A DNA stretch of 64,000 bases from Chiloscyllium plagiosum (lineage: Eukaryota), in NCBI RefSeq assembly GCF_004010195.1, contig NC_057719.1, positions 50,138,302 through 50,202,301 on the forward strand. Direction: 5' to 3'. Made by a program: the position numbers and the translations under genes. This document shows, piece by piece, positions 12,100 to 25,430 of the stretch. The first letter of the stretch is position 1; every line of letters begins with the position of its first letter. The notes below the pieces were generated by a model. The model was not told where the DNA came from, did not search any database, and saw only the letters and a list, made by a program, of their open reading frames with translations.

Positions 12100-14760
12100 T
12101 CATGAGTTCTGAATGTAGAATAGGTTTGGGTGGAAGTGAGGAATAATAGGATAAGGAAGTCACTAGTGAGAGTAGTCTAATTCCCAAACAGTATTCGCAA
12201 TATAAGATGAAAACAAGAAATCTTAGATGCTTGTGATAAAAAATGGCAATAATTTTGGGTAATTTTAATACTCATATAAACTGGAAAAAATACAGATTGG
12301 CAGTCGTAGCCTCGGTGAGAAGTTCATGGAATGCGTTTGAGATAGTATCTTACAGCAACACATTTTGGAAGTGAACAGAAAGCAGATTTTATCAGACCTG
12401 ATATTGTGTAAAGTGACAAGATTTATTCATGACCTCAGAATTAAGGTAAGTTTTGGCAGGAGTGATCACAATGTTATTTATGTCAGCTTTGAGAGGGAGA
12501 AGAGTGGATCTAAAACTAGTATTTCAGACTTAAATAAAGGTGACCATGTGGGCATAAAAGCTGAGTTAGCTGAATTGTGCTGGAATACTAGGTTAGGGGA
12601 TTGATAAATAGAGAAGCAACTGCCAAGCATTGAAGGGATATGTCAGAATGCTCAGAATAAGAATGTTCCTACTAGAAAGAAAACAATCTAAGGTGAGGCC
12701 TGCAATGCATGTTTAAAGAAATTAAAGAAAATATCAAACTTAAGGAAAAATATAATTGCATAGAGACAGGTCAGATAATTGGACAGAATACAAAGAATGA
12801 CAGAGAATAGCTAAAAGATTAAGTATAAGAAATAAACTAGAGTATGAGAAAAGATTAACCTGAAATAAAGACAAGAACAAGAATTTCTGCAGGTATTTAA
12901 AAAGGAAAAGAATACATGAGAAAGAATGGGGGGTTATTAGTAGGTAGTAAGAAAATGGCAGATGAAATAAGCTAATATTTTGCTTAAATTTTCACTACAG
13001 AGAAAAGATGTATTAGCTATGAATCGGGAGGTGGAAAGGAGAAGGAAACGGGTGAAATTACAATCATTGGGAAGCAGGATACACCAAACTTATACAGCTG
13101 CGGGTAACAAGTAACCACATCCTGATGGACTTCATCCTGGAGTCTTAAGTAAGAGGCTATTGTAGTAGAGTGGAATTGGCATCATCTTTCCAAAAGCTGT
13201 TAGATTTTGGAAAGACCTCAACAAACTCAAAAGCAACAAATATTTTCAATTAAAAAATAGAGGGATGCATGCAAAAGGAAACGACAGGCCAGTTAGCTTG
13301 ACATATGTCCTAGAAAGGTGTTAAAATAATTAAAGAGGTTATAGTTGGACCATTAAAACAACTCAAGATTATTGTGAAGAGTTGGTATGGTTTGGTGAAA
13401 GGGAAATCATACTTAATCAATTTATTGGAGTTCTTTGAAGGAATCATATGCGTTGATAAAAGGAGCCCATAGATATTTGGTACCTGGATTTCCAGAAGAC
13501 ATTTGAAAGGTACTACATAAAGGGTTTTGAATAACAGTTGGAGTTCATGATATAGGTGTGTATTAAAATGAATAGAAGATTATTGAACCATTGGCAGAAA
13601 ACAGAACATATGTATAAATATGTATTTTTTTGAATGGCAAGATATGGACTGGAATTTCACAGGAGGCTGTGCTAGAGTCTCAGCTTTTTATGATTCACAT
13701 CAATTACTTAGGTGAGGGGAATGGCGGTCTTCTGGTGCAGGGGCAGTGTCTCTGAGCCAAGAGGCCTGGGTTCAATTCCCATTTGCTTCAGAGATTTGCA
13801 GTAGTATTTCTGAACAGATTGACTAAACAGTATCTAGATGAGGGGAGTGAAGGTACAGTAGCTGCAGATGACACAAAGATAAGTAGGAAAGACTTTTGTG
13901 AAGAGGAGCTGGGAGGTAATAACCAAGGACCTTGGGCTGCTCTCCTATGCTCCCATTTCCCCTCACTGCCCGGTTTCTCACCTCCATGTCCCTTATACAG
14001 ACCCAAGGGTCTGAGAAAACCAGCTGTGACATTACTTTCTTGCCCACACACACACACAGCTCCACCTGGTGGTGAAATTCACAATAATTGCACAATTCTT
14101 AAAAAGAGGTGGAAAGATCTAGGTGTTCTAGTTCATGAGTCATAAGCAGCTAGAATTCAGGTACAGTAAGGTGGCTGGTAGAATGCTATGTTTTATTGAA
14201 AAGAATTGAACATAACAGTAAAGATCTTATGTTTCAGTTTTACAGAGCACTGGTGAGTCCACATCTGAAAAATGTGTGCAGTTTTAAACTCCTTATTTAA
14301 GGAAAAGTGCAATACTTTTGTAGTGGTTAAGAGAAGGTTTATTAAGAGAAGGTAAATTAGTGGGTTGTCTTACATTGGAAAGGTTGTATAGACTAGTCTT
14401 GTTTCCACCAGAGTTGAGAAGAGTAAAGGATGACTTGATTGAAGTATGTAAGATGCTGAACAGTTTTGACAAGGTGGGCATAGAAAGGAGTTTTTATCTT
14501 GAGAATGGGTCTATGACTAGGGGCCACAATTTAAAAGATGGGGTTTACTCGTTTCAGACAAATTAGGAGATATATTGTCTGGGATTGCAAAATTATGAAA
14601 TTCAGCCTCAGAAGGCTCTCATTGAACATTTTTAACATCGGCGGGAAATGGATTCTTGTTAGGCAAGTGAAGCAAAGGTTATCCAGAGTGAATGTGAACG
14701 TTGAAAGCAAAACACAAACAGAGCGGTGGTTACTTTATTGAATGGCATAGCGGGCTTGGG
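12100..14760 (+). mobile_element. Old, heavily decayed CR1 LINE (endonuclease end to 3' end) with internal insertions
   Basis: Remnants GRSDHN, RPVSLT, NLLEFFE, YLDFQK.F, ADDTKI and RRVKDDLIEVCK in CR1 order. Confidence 0.8.
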
Positions 14761-14949
14761 GTTCTAGAAAGTCTATGTCATGTATAAGACTCATTCAGAA
14801 ATCCATGGCAGCCATCACGGAGGCTTTTAGTTGTCTTGATGGAGAGAGTTTGAGCCAAAGCAGTCTACTACATTACAGAGGTGAGGGACAGAAGGCACAT
14901 CCTCTTCCCAGAGGAATGGGAGATCACCTCATCATGCAGCGGGAGTCCC

Positions 14950-17900
14950 TTTTTCAGCATAATTTCCCTCTGCCTCCAACTCATTCTCTTTTCTTCTTCC
15001 TAATGAACTGTTTCTTTTAGGGGTCTCACTGATCTAACACCTTTCTGGAGGGCTATATTAAATAAAAGAGTGCAGTAGACTATCATAATAACAGAGCTCC
15101 TTACAGAGCATCTGCTGACCAGGTCCAGGCATTGAACCCTTTGGTTAGAAAATGCCCCATCAGTTGTGAATTTGATGTACTATTCAGCCTTGACAAGGAG
15201 GCCATTTGTCACCTGCATGATGCACCAACATGCAGCTTACCCCCGAGATACACAGAGGTCCACAATGATGACAACACTGATACTTTTGCATCTGTATACT
15301 GAGTATGCTATGATTTTCTTGGAGAATATTTTTTAGTAAAGTCTAGGTTTCTTTGCCACTGCATTTCCTTCACAGTCCTTCGTTCTTTTATCTCACAAAT
15401 GGCAGTACATGGCTGCATCTTGTAGATAACTGATGCACTGTTCACGAGACTTGGACAGTACATTAAATTATGGGATGACATAGCTTTGCAGGCAGAGGGC
15501 AGTGAACTATCCTAGATTCCTCCAGGTACAAGGAAACGTCGATAATGTCCATGTGGACTTCAAAGTACCTGGTGCTAAGTCAATCAGATTCATTTCCACA
15601 TTCTCAAAATTCACTTGATCTGCAGCATAGCAATGGCTTCCTCCAGTTAGGTTCTCACTTCCCTGACAACTGCCATTACTGCTTCAGTCTGTACCAACTA
15701 TTGTTCTACCCGCAACACCTAACCTCCCTGAAACATACCGAAATTCCATGAATGCATTTTGGGATCATCTTAAAGAGATGGGCTAGTCATCTCTTTATGA
15801 AAGCTCAAGCCAGATGCATTGGGCCAATATTACCAAAGTTATCTACTCACTAGGACAACCATAGATCAGACCACAATACTTTCTCAGGACACAGTTCTGT
15901 GCAGTGACTAATAGAGAGGTGCCATACTGGACATTCTTGCAAAGATGTCATTCAGTGTGGGTCTGCTATGTTATCCATAACATGACCCTCAAGAGAGTGT
16001 GTTCTTTGAGGAGGACAGGGAGGAGCACAACTCAAGATGAAGAGCAGGAAAGTGCCCCAGGTTGGAGGTTCTCATCAGAATTCCATCAATATCAGGAATT
16101 CTTTGATCAAAGCACTTTTTTTAGGGGAGTCTCTCTGACCCAGAGAAGAATGACATGGTATGGAAATCATCATGAATTACCGGGACTAACACTTCATTGA
16201 AGATGTAACCTCCAATATGTAAACTCTCACCGGCAATAAAGGATGCACATCTCATCAGAAGTTTCAACATGACCACAAATGGACTCTTGTATGCCTTCAT
16301 TACTTCAAACTACTTTTCTGGCCCACAATAAATAAAAGGAACCTCACCAGTGTAGCTTCATGTGTCAATATTTACATGGTACTCAAATGTAGATAGTGCA
16401 GAGTTACAGGCAGAAGACATCCTAGTGATCCGCTCAGTATGCTGTCCAATGCAATGCTTCCTTATTTGGCCACTTCTACCTGGTGCTGCCCTTGAGGAGA
16501 TAGCTGGAGGTAGCCTGTTTGTTCTTTTCCATCCTATGGTTGTGAGGCACATGGCAGTCATCATCTTCATGAAAATGCCTAGGAGATATAAGTGTGGCAC
16601 CTCCAAATGCTTCTATACTTGAGTCATTGCAAAGATATGCTGCCATCAGTGAATCTCAAAGCATAGGTGCTCACTTCATCAGAGGAGTCAAAAACGTCAT
16701 TGAAGATGGACCCCAATGAGGGGCAGAAACCTCCTCACAGTTTTGGTTATTTGATGGTGTACTGACTAAGAATATGAGCTGTGGAGCAACTGGTAAACCA
16801 AACAACCCTGTGCCATTAGCATCACTGAAACGTGAAGGCTACATGGTGTAGCATGTACACTGTAAATATTAATGAACAGTTTCTGCATACCTCTTAAGTA
16901 CTGCTGGCTCTCCATATAGTTCTTCACTTTCTCAATGGAGGAGCGTATTTGTCCAATTTTCTAAAGGTGATGCAAATGAGCTGGGTCAACACCTCCATTT
17001 TCAGCACATGACTATACGCTACCTGAAAAATTCTGAAATCTAGGAGCACATTTGTCGCTGCTGTTCTAACAGGAAATTCTATTCCTGGGTCACCTGCTGT
17101 TGTACTCAGCTGAGTAGGCCTGTTACTGTCCTTTCTCCTGCAAGGGTGAATTGCCACAGCTGCCCATGTCTCTGGCACCATATCTGCACATTAGTGCTGT
17201 GGATGCAGTGCCATCCTACCTAACCATATGTGAGGCCTTATGAAGTTGACAATACCTGGACTAGTGGAGGCTGCTTTGGAAGGGATGATAGTGGTTCTTT
17301 GGAGTTCTATAGTTGCTGTTCAAACTTGACATCTATGTCTGTGGGAGACACAAGCACATGTCATGAGAACTTGCCTTAAAGATCACAACCCTCTGCAAGT
17401 GCGGAGGCTTCTCAATGAAACTCAGGGTTCAGCGTGAACTGAAGGAGGTGGAATGCAATGCACACCTTTAAATGAATGTATTGCAGTCTGATCACTATCT
17501 CTATTGTGCCCTGGCATATTTCTCACTATCCATGATATTTATTGATCCCTGTTCCTTGGCAGCAATGATGTGAAGGTAGGGAGCCCCTTCTCGGGTATAT
17601 TATGGGCCCTGATTTGGAGTAAGGGTAAAAGATAAAGAATTGCTGACATCCATGACCAAAACTAGCTGCATTTTCCATTGTAAACTGCAAATCTCAATGC
17701 TGTCAGATCCTCAATTGCATTATGGGTCTCAGTTATTCTGCTGAGTCAGTAAGTTCTATGGGCATACATTCCTCCTATGTTCAGCTACAGAACACAGCCT
17801 CAGGTTCTTCTGCTGATGCACCACTGGATGTTGAATACTCAGATGCCAGTCCTGAGAGTTGATGCTTCTACTCACCTCATCAGAGCATATCAGATTAGTA

Positions 17901-18200
17901 AGCTTCTCTTCACAACTGATCCAATTTGTACAAATCACATCCCTTGTGTCACCTTGATGCAGTTCTCCTTAGTCTTGTGAGGTGGCCTCCTCTTCAATAG
18001 GTAAAAAGCTCCATCCCCCACCCCTTACGGCCACAAGGATGATTTCCAGGTTCACATCTGCAAATCAGTCGGGCTCCCTGCTCCTGATTCCAGCCCGTGC
18101 CTTTCCTGAGACATCTGATGATTCCAAATTGAAAGTAAAGAGTGAAAGAGCAGATACAATAAGGCTGCCATGGTCGGTTTAGAAATCGGTCCTACACTTG
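14950..18200. mobile_element. Fossil PIF/Harbinger DNA transposon: DDE transposase (+, ~15100-16100) and Myb/SANT-like gene (-, ~17850-18110)
   Basis: Plus strand: AVHGCIL*ITDALFTRLGQYIK, RFLQVQGNVDNVHVDFKVP, TRTTIDQT, CYVIHNM (HARBI1-like). Minus strand: FADVNLEIILVAVR...NWISCEEKLTNL (Myb/SANT-like). Termini not identified. Confidence 0.7.
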
Positions 18201-19642
18201 AAGAGTCCGACCCTTATTCCTGCCTTCATGATTGCTAATTGGCCAACAAATTCATCGTCATGTCAGTAAGGAAGGCATGTTCCTGTGAAAATGAAAACTG
18301 AAGGTTGTTTATCCTTGAGGTGGATTTTGGATAGGTAAAGAGTGTTAACTTCCATTTCTTATCAGTAGCAGGCTTTGCTTATCAGGAATTTGTTTGGAAC
18401 TCTGTGGTCAATTTGAGGCAAATGAGATTAATCTAGAAAGAAAACTCGATTTGTACAGTTTCTTAGTCTTGGTGAGTAACATGATCTATAATACTGTGGG
18501 ATCAATTCCAAAGTTGACAAGTATAATATTTGAAAAAGCTATAACTCAATCATGTTATGTTATTGCAGTTTGAGAATGTTCACTGGGACTTGAAATTGGA
18601 CTATAGATTCTAAATTACTCAAAGGCATTTCTTGTCTATTAATATAAATTGCACAGAAACAGCATTTTTAAAAATGCAATGCTTTTTTCAGGATTATGAT
18701 ACTGGTAATTGATTCCCGTAGGTATTTTCCTGATTCTTAGCTGAAACACTGGGGATAGACCTAAAGAAATCTGAAGAAACAACTTGGATATTTTCATTTC
18801 TTTTTCAGAATTTCACGAGACCACCTACACAAAGTGATGAGCAGAATAATCTACATGGAAATACCAGTGTGAAATAGGAATAGAGAATGGATGCACTGAA
18901 GATGGAATACAATTTACATTGTCCTGACTGGGTCATCTGCTAATACAAACAACACCTGAAGGACTTGTGGTTATTGAATGTTTTGATAATAATGCAACTG
19001 ATAATAATAAAATTATAAAAATATTGGCTACTTAATTTTAAACATGATCCAATAAGTTAATGCATAGATGACAGAGTTAGTGCAAAGACTTCATTGCAAC
19101 TTTCTATTACAACCATTTATTTTCGGTTATTAAAAAACTTCATGAAGTAATAATAGCAACTTGTATTTATATAGTGCTTATGATACAGAAAAAAAAATTA
19201 ATGGAAAATTTCTAAAAGAAACATCCAAAAGGTATTTTACTCATAATTAATAATAAAAGGCACTTTACGGGAACATTATAAAGCAAAATATGCATCTAGG
19301 CACATAAAACTTTACTAGAGCAGTACACCAAACACTTGATCAATAAAAGTAACATTTAAGTGAAGACTGAAGAGGCACAGGAAAGCGGGAGGAGCTAGTC
19401 AGCAACTAGTGAATAGTGTTACAGGAACTGAGTAACAGGAACTGAAAAACTTTAGGTTTTTCCAATGTTTAATTGAAGGGAATTTCTTCTTAACCAGTAC
19501 AGGGATTTGGATAGCAACCTGATAAGCTAGCAACAAATGCAAATAAAAATGTAAATAATTCAGAATGAATTAAAGTATATGATTATTTTTGTGTTTATTT
19601 TACAGCTTTTTTAAGTAGCTGGATGGGGGGGAAAAAGACTAC

Positions 19643-19761
19643 CTTAATGCAAACACTTGTTACAGCATCTGTATGACTATCCAGTACATGTAGACAATTT
19701 GCAGTGAATAGATCCCATACACGGGCAGTTTTGTCTGAACTTCCACTAACAAGCCGTTTTC
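19643..19761 (-). CDS. F-box/WD40 protein, coding exon 5
   Basis: TCACAG acceptor, AAG|GTAGTC donor, 119 nt. Encodes (G)KRLVSGSSDKTARVWDLFTANCLHVLDSHTDAVTSVCIK. Confidence 0.93.
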
Positions 19762-20619
19762 CTGTGAACAAGAAAGAGGCAGGAAATATATTAGAATTGT
19801 GAGATGAGACTTCTATTGTGGTTAAATATTTTGTACAAATCAGATAGTATTTTGTATTTTTAAATTAAACATAAAGAATGAGTAATATGCAGCACAATGA
19901 TAGAATACATAGCATGTTTCTTTACTGAATTGTGAAATATGTAGGACATGACATATGCAAACTCATCCACGACATTTCTGATGTGCCCCTAGTGGGAATG
20001 TGAAGCACTATTCTACAGGAGAGAGAGAGACATCAAGTAAGAGAACAAGCATGAGAACTTTAGAGTTCTTGGGACAGTGAGAATGAAAGGATAGAAGGGA
20101 GGACATAGAAGAACTAGAAAGAACAAGGGTATGTAAACAAGCACAGAAGAAGTAGGTGAAATCCAAAGTGGAAATAGCCATTAGAATTATGATGTGTATC
20201 CTGAATGAACCTTCTTAGCAAATCCAGTTGAAGGATTGTGAAATTCGCTTCATAGGAACCAAAAATAAATGTAATTTGGAGTGGTTGAATACAATGTCAA
20301 ATCTGATTCAGAATGAGAACAAAAACAGGGGAAGAAAGACCGAATTGAGAGAGATGGAATCAATAAAATGTAAAAGAATAAATTATCCATCTTATCTAGC
20401 ATTGCTCTTGGAAGCATCCATGTAAAAATCAAATGAGGACAGAACTGGATTTTCCTGCAAGCTCTTGATCTGAATAAAGGAATTATGATGTAATAGGTTT
20501 TCTGTAAAATAATCTGACTCATAATGGACACAGGAGGCAAAACTAAGTTGTTGCAAAGCATCTGATGATACAGCTGCAAGCTCTAAGTGAATTATAGAGA
20601 TATCCATTGGTCAGGAGAA

Positions 20620-21190
20620 ATCATTGGTCATAACATTGAGTATAATAGTCAGGATACCATATTGCGGCTGTTAAGGACATTGGTGAAGTCACTTTTGGAA
20701 TACTGTGTACAATTCTGGTTGCCACCCTGCAGGGAGGGTATTGTTAAACTTGACAGGGTGCAGAAAATATTTACAAGCATGTTACCGGGACTGGAAGGTT
20801 GACTTTCAGGGAGAGGCTGAATTGGCTGGGGCTTTTTTCCATGGAGCGTCTGAGACTGAGGGTGACCTATAAGATCATGAAGGGAATGAATAGGGTGAAT
20901 AGTCAAGGTCTTTTCCCCGGGCTGGGGGTGGGGGGGGGAAGAGTCCAAAACTACAGGTTTAAGGTGAGCGGGGCAAGAGTTTAAAAAGGATTTGAGGGAT
21001 AACTTCTTCATGCAGAGGGTGGTGCACATCTGGAATGAGCTGCCAGAGGAATTGCTGGAGGAGAGTAAAATTACACATTTAAAAGGCATCTGCATGGATA
21101 TGAATAGGAATGGTTTGGAGGGATATGGGCCAAGGTTTAGGTCAGCATGGATGAGATAGATTGAAGGATTTGTTTCCATGCTGTATGACC
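20620..21190 (+). mobile_element. 5'-truncated CR1 LINE
   Basis: LRLLRTLVKSLLEYCVQFW followed by the CR1 3' tail. Confidence 0.85.
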
Positions 21191-21959
21191 ATGTGAATTG
21201 AAACTTCAGAATAAACAGCAGCTGGGTGGAAGAACTTTAAAGTGATTCAGTATAATTGACTTCATTGTTAATTTTGAGGAACCAAGAATCCACGAAACAA
21301 TGTCATTCTGAGCTCTGAATTGTAAATTTTGAATTTCAAGAAAATAATTGCCAATGTGCAGAACTGCAAGAAGGCTTTGATAGCCACCTTCCAAGGGAGT
21401 AAAAAGTCTTACAGGTCCATTTGTACAGTAAAACATCACCTATAAAATTACAGAAGCCATCACTGCTGCTGGATCTGAAAAGTGTTAATCACTGTGCTTC
21501 ATCGACAGAAATTCAACAATGGCTGCAAACAATATAGCTCAGACCCACTCAGACTTTCATCTTATAAGTACTCTGTATGTCCTCATTTTAATTCTAAGAT
21601 CAGAACTTTTTTATTAATAACTTTATCTCTTTATTCATAAGGAGCATTCAGTAACAAACTAGTTTTTAGTATGTTTACCAAGAAGCTTGAACCATTAAAA
21701 CTAAAATGGGAGCTACACAAGCAACAATGATTTACAGTTCACTGATCAAATGACAGACACATCTAGTGGTCAGGATACCCTTTATGGTCTTGTTCCTTCC
21801 GACTATTGTAATATTATTTAACAACTGTCTATTCCTGTGACTTAAGCTTTTTGTTCATTGAAGTGGTGCCATCAAGCAAGCTGCTTTGTCCTGGCTATGT
21901 CAAGCTTCTTGAATATTGTTGAAGCTGTACATTCCATTACCTTGTAGATGTTGGACAGG

Positions 21960-22490
21960 GTTTAGAATCTCTACAGCAGAAAGTGGCCATTTGGCCTATT
22001 GAATCTGCTCCGATCCTCCGAAGAGTATCCCATCCAGACCCAGCTCCCAACTCTACATCTGAAACCCTACATTTAACATAATTAATTTACCTAACATGCA
22101 CATCTTTGATCTGTAGGAGGAAACCAGAGCATTGGAGGAAGTCCTCACAGACAGTCACAGAACCCTAGAATCCCTACAGTGTGGAAGCAGGTAATTAGGC
22201 CCATTGAATTCACACCAGCCTGCCGAAGAGCATCCCACCCAGATCCACGCACTATCCTATCTCTGTAACTCTGCATATCCCATGGCTAATCCACTTAACC
22301 TGGAAACCTTAGCATGCCAATCCATCTAACTTGCACATCTTTGGACTATGGGAGAAAATCAGAGCATCCAGAAGAAACCCATCCAGTCACTGGGAGAATG
22401 TGCAAACTCCACACAGTCACTCAAGGCTGGAAATGAACTCTGGTCCCTGGCACTGTGAGGCAGTGCTAACCACTAAGCCACTGTGCTGCC
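21960..22490 (-). repeat. Two adjacent HE1-type tRNA-derived SINE copies
   Basis: Reverse complement shows the GGGCAGCACAGTGGCTTAGTGGTTAGCACTGCC head and a body like the SINE at 56796. Confidence 0.75.
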
Positions 22491-22977
22491 CAGTGTACCC
22501 CTGACCTGCTATTGTAGCCAAGGTTTTTAAATGTCTAGTCGATTCAGTTTCTGGTCAATGGTAGCTCCCAGAATGTAGGTAGAGGGGAATGTAGCAATGG
22601 TAATGCCATTGAATGTCAAGGGACAATGATTAGATTCTCTAGATTGTTGGAGATAATTTTTGTTGGCACTTACATCTCATCAACCAAGTTTATGGTCATA
22701 CCTCCCAATATCTCCTTTTCATTTTGTCCTTTACATTTCTTTGAAGAGCCATGTGGCATTTTTCTTTGTGAATGACTTGATATAAACGCAAGATCATATT
22801 GTCGTCATGATTGAATGGCAAACCAAATCCACATCTGAATGGTGTCAACTTAGTTACAGTGCATTAAGCCAGGTGTGAATGAAAAACTATAGGCAAAGAT
22901 TACAAAAGGAAAATTAATTATAATTCACTTCATAATCCACAGTATTTCCCACTCTGCTCTTGCTGAATAGCACTCAC

Positions 22978-23163
22978 CATCACAATCAAGGCAATCCACT
23001 CTTTCTTGATGGCCTCGAAGTAAAGGTAAAACTGTATATCTACCCAACATCCAGTTTTGACTCAGATGACAAGCTCTAATGTAAATTTCTTTCCATCGGC
23101 AAGTTGGGGACAAAGAGGGAAAATCAGAAAGGGTAACAGAGCTGTACCTTGGAGATGTGAGAC
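22978..23163 (-). CDS. F-box/WD40 protein, coding exon 4 (linker and start of WD1)
   Basis: TAATAG acceptor, ATG|GTGAGT donor, 186 nt. Encodes (G)LTSPRYSSVTLSDFPSLSPTCRWKEIYIRACHLSQNWMLGRYTVLPLLRGHQERVDCLDCD(G). Confidence 0.92.
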
Positions 23164-23462
23164 CTATTAAAATAAAAGGTAATCATTTAGTAATAGACAT
23201 CAAAGAGCAAAATATTGCAAGGCATTTCACTCTGGGATTATTCTCATAAACCTCTGGACTGGCATTTGTGAATGGCCATAAAATCCTGAGGTTGTCTTCA
23301 AGTTCCCATCGGACAAGCTATTTGGTTATATAATCCATAATGAATATATCACAATATGAACATAGACAATGTTACAGAGGATTTAGGTTGAATTTGTAAG
23401 GATAGCAGAGACAGAGGAGTTTGAAGTTTAAAGTATAAAACACTATTCTGAGTAAAACCTTT

Positions 23463-23660
23463 AGTCATAGAGATGTACAGCACGGAAACAGACCCTTCGG
23501 GGTAACTTGTCTATGCCGACCAGATATCCCAACCTAATCTAGTCTCATTTGCCAGCACTTAGCCCATGTCCCTCTAAACCCTTCTTATTCATATACCCAT
23601 CTAGATGCCTTTTAAATGTTATAATTGCACTAGCCTCCACCACTCCCTTTGGCAGCTCTA
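23463..23660 (-). repeat. CR1 3' end
   Basis: ELPKGVVEASAIITFKRHLD plus the CR1 tail. Confidence 0.8.
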
Positions 23661-23879
23661 GTGTTTTAAATACAAATAGAGAAAATAATTGTATGCTATA
23701 AACAGATTTTATAATACTAGATATGCTTTGATTGTACAATTGTTAGCTTTTCTCAGAGCAAATGCAGAAAGACAAAGCTTCAGTGCAAGTGGGTGATAAG
23801 CTTGTTAAATTATCTATCTTTTCTTAACTCTTAAATGTGTTATGACATTTGGAAAGCTTTGTTTTATTTATTTATACAT

Positions 23880-25430
23880 AGGACATGTGTGTCACTGGCT
23901 AGGCCAGCACTTATCGCCCATCCCTTGCTACTCTCACAAAGGTGGTGAGCTGTTTTCATGAACCGCTGCAGTCTATTTGGTGTGCATTTGGTTCACTCAA
24001 GGATTTTGACTCAGCAACACTGAAGGAACAGAGATATATTTCAAAGTCAGGATGATAAGTGGCTTGGAGGGGAATTTGCAAGTGGAGGTGTTCCCACATA
24101 TTTGCTGTCCTTGTCCTTCTAAATGGTGAGCAGTCATTGGTTTGGAAGGTGCTGTCTTAGAAGCCTTGGTAAATTTCTGGAATGCACCTTGTAGATGGTA
24201 CATACTGCTGCTACTGAAAGCAGCAGTGGATGGAGGAAGTGAATGTTTGTGGAAGTGGCGCCATCAGGCAGGCTGCTTTGTCAAGGTTCTTGAGTGTTGG
24301 TGGAACTGCATTCATCCAGACAAGTGGTGAGTATTCCATCACACTCCCAACTTGTGCCTTGTAAATGGTGGACTGGGCTGAGGGTACTACTAACCAGCTC
24401 TGGTAGCCACAGTTTTTATATGTTAGTCCAGTTCGGTTTTTGGTTAATGCTAATCCCCAGAATGTTGAGAGTGTGGGAATTTAGCAATGGTAATGCCAAC
24501 GAATGTCAAGGGGCAATGATTAGATTCCCTTTTGTTGGTAATGATTTTTGCCTGGCACTTACTTGCATGGATGTTACTTGCTGTTTGACAGCTCAAACCT
24601 GGATATTGCCCAGGTCTTGCTGCATTTGGACATGGACTGCTTCAGTACCTGAGGAGTCATGAATAGCGCAAAACATTATTCAGTCAACATCCTGACTTCT
24701 GACTTGATGGTGCAGGGAACATCATTGATGAATCAGCTGGAAGTGGTTAAGCCGAGGACACTAACCTGAGAAACCCCTGCAGATGAGATGATTTCCAACA
24801 ATCATCTTCCTTTGTGCCATGTATGATTCCCACCAGCAGAGAGTTTTCTCCCTGTTTCACAATGACTCGAGTTTTGCTAAGGTTTCTCAAGCCACACTTA
24901 ATTAAATGCAGCTAAAGGCAATCAATTTCATCTCACTTGGAATTTAGCTTGGTTTGTTCATGTTTGAACCAAGGCTGAAAGGAGGTAGGAGCTGAATGAC
25001 TCTGGCAGAATCCAAACTGAGCATCAGTGAGCAGGTTCTTGTTAAGCAAGTGTTGCTTCATTATGCTATTGATGACACCTTTCATCAGTTTACTAATGAT
25101 TGAGAGTAGATCAATGGTTTGGCAATTTGCCAGGTTGGATTTGTTCTGTTGCGAGTGTACAAGACATACCAATTTTCCATATTGTTGAGTAAATGCCAGT
25201 GTTGTACCTGCATTGGAACAGTATGGCCAGGGGTGCAGCAAGTTCTGGAGCAAGTTTCTTCAGTATTACCATTAGAGTAAGGGCCCATAGCATTTGCAAT
25301 ATCCAATGCTTTCAGCCGTTCCTTGATATTACATAGAGTGCATCAAATTGGCTGAAGACAGGAGTCTGCGATACGGAGAACTCTGGAAGTGGCTAAGATG
25401 GATCATCCACTTAACACTTCTGGCTGAACT
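23880..25430 (-). mobile_element. Decayed CR1/L2-group LINE (RT and 3' tail)
   Basis: ILKKLAPELAAPLAILFQ, LLSIISKLMKG, LLTDAQFGF. Related fragments at about 21860-21960, 22495-22690 and 26140-26610. Confidence 0.75.
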
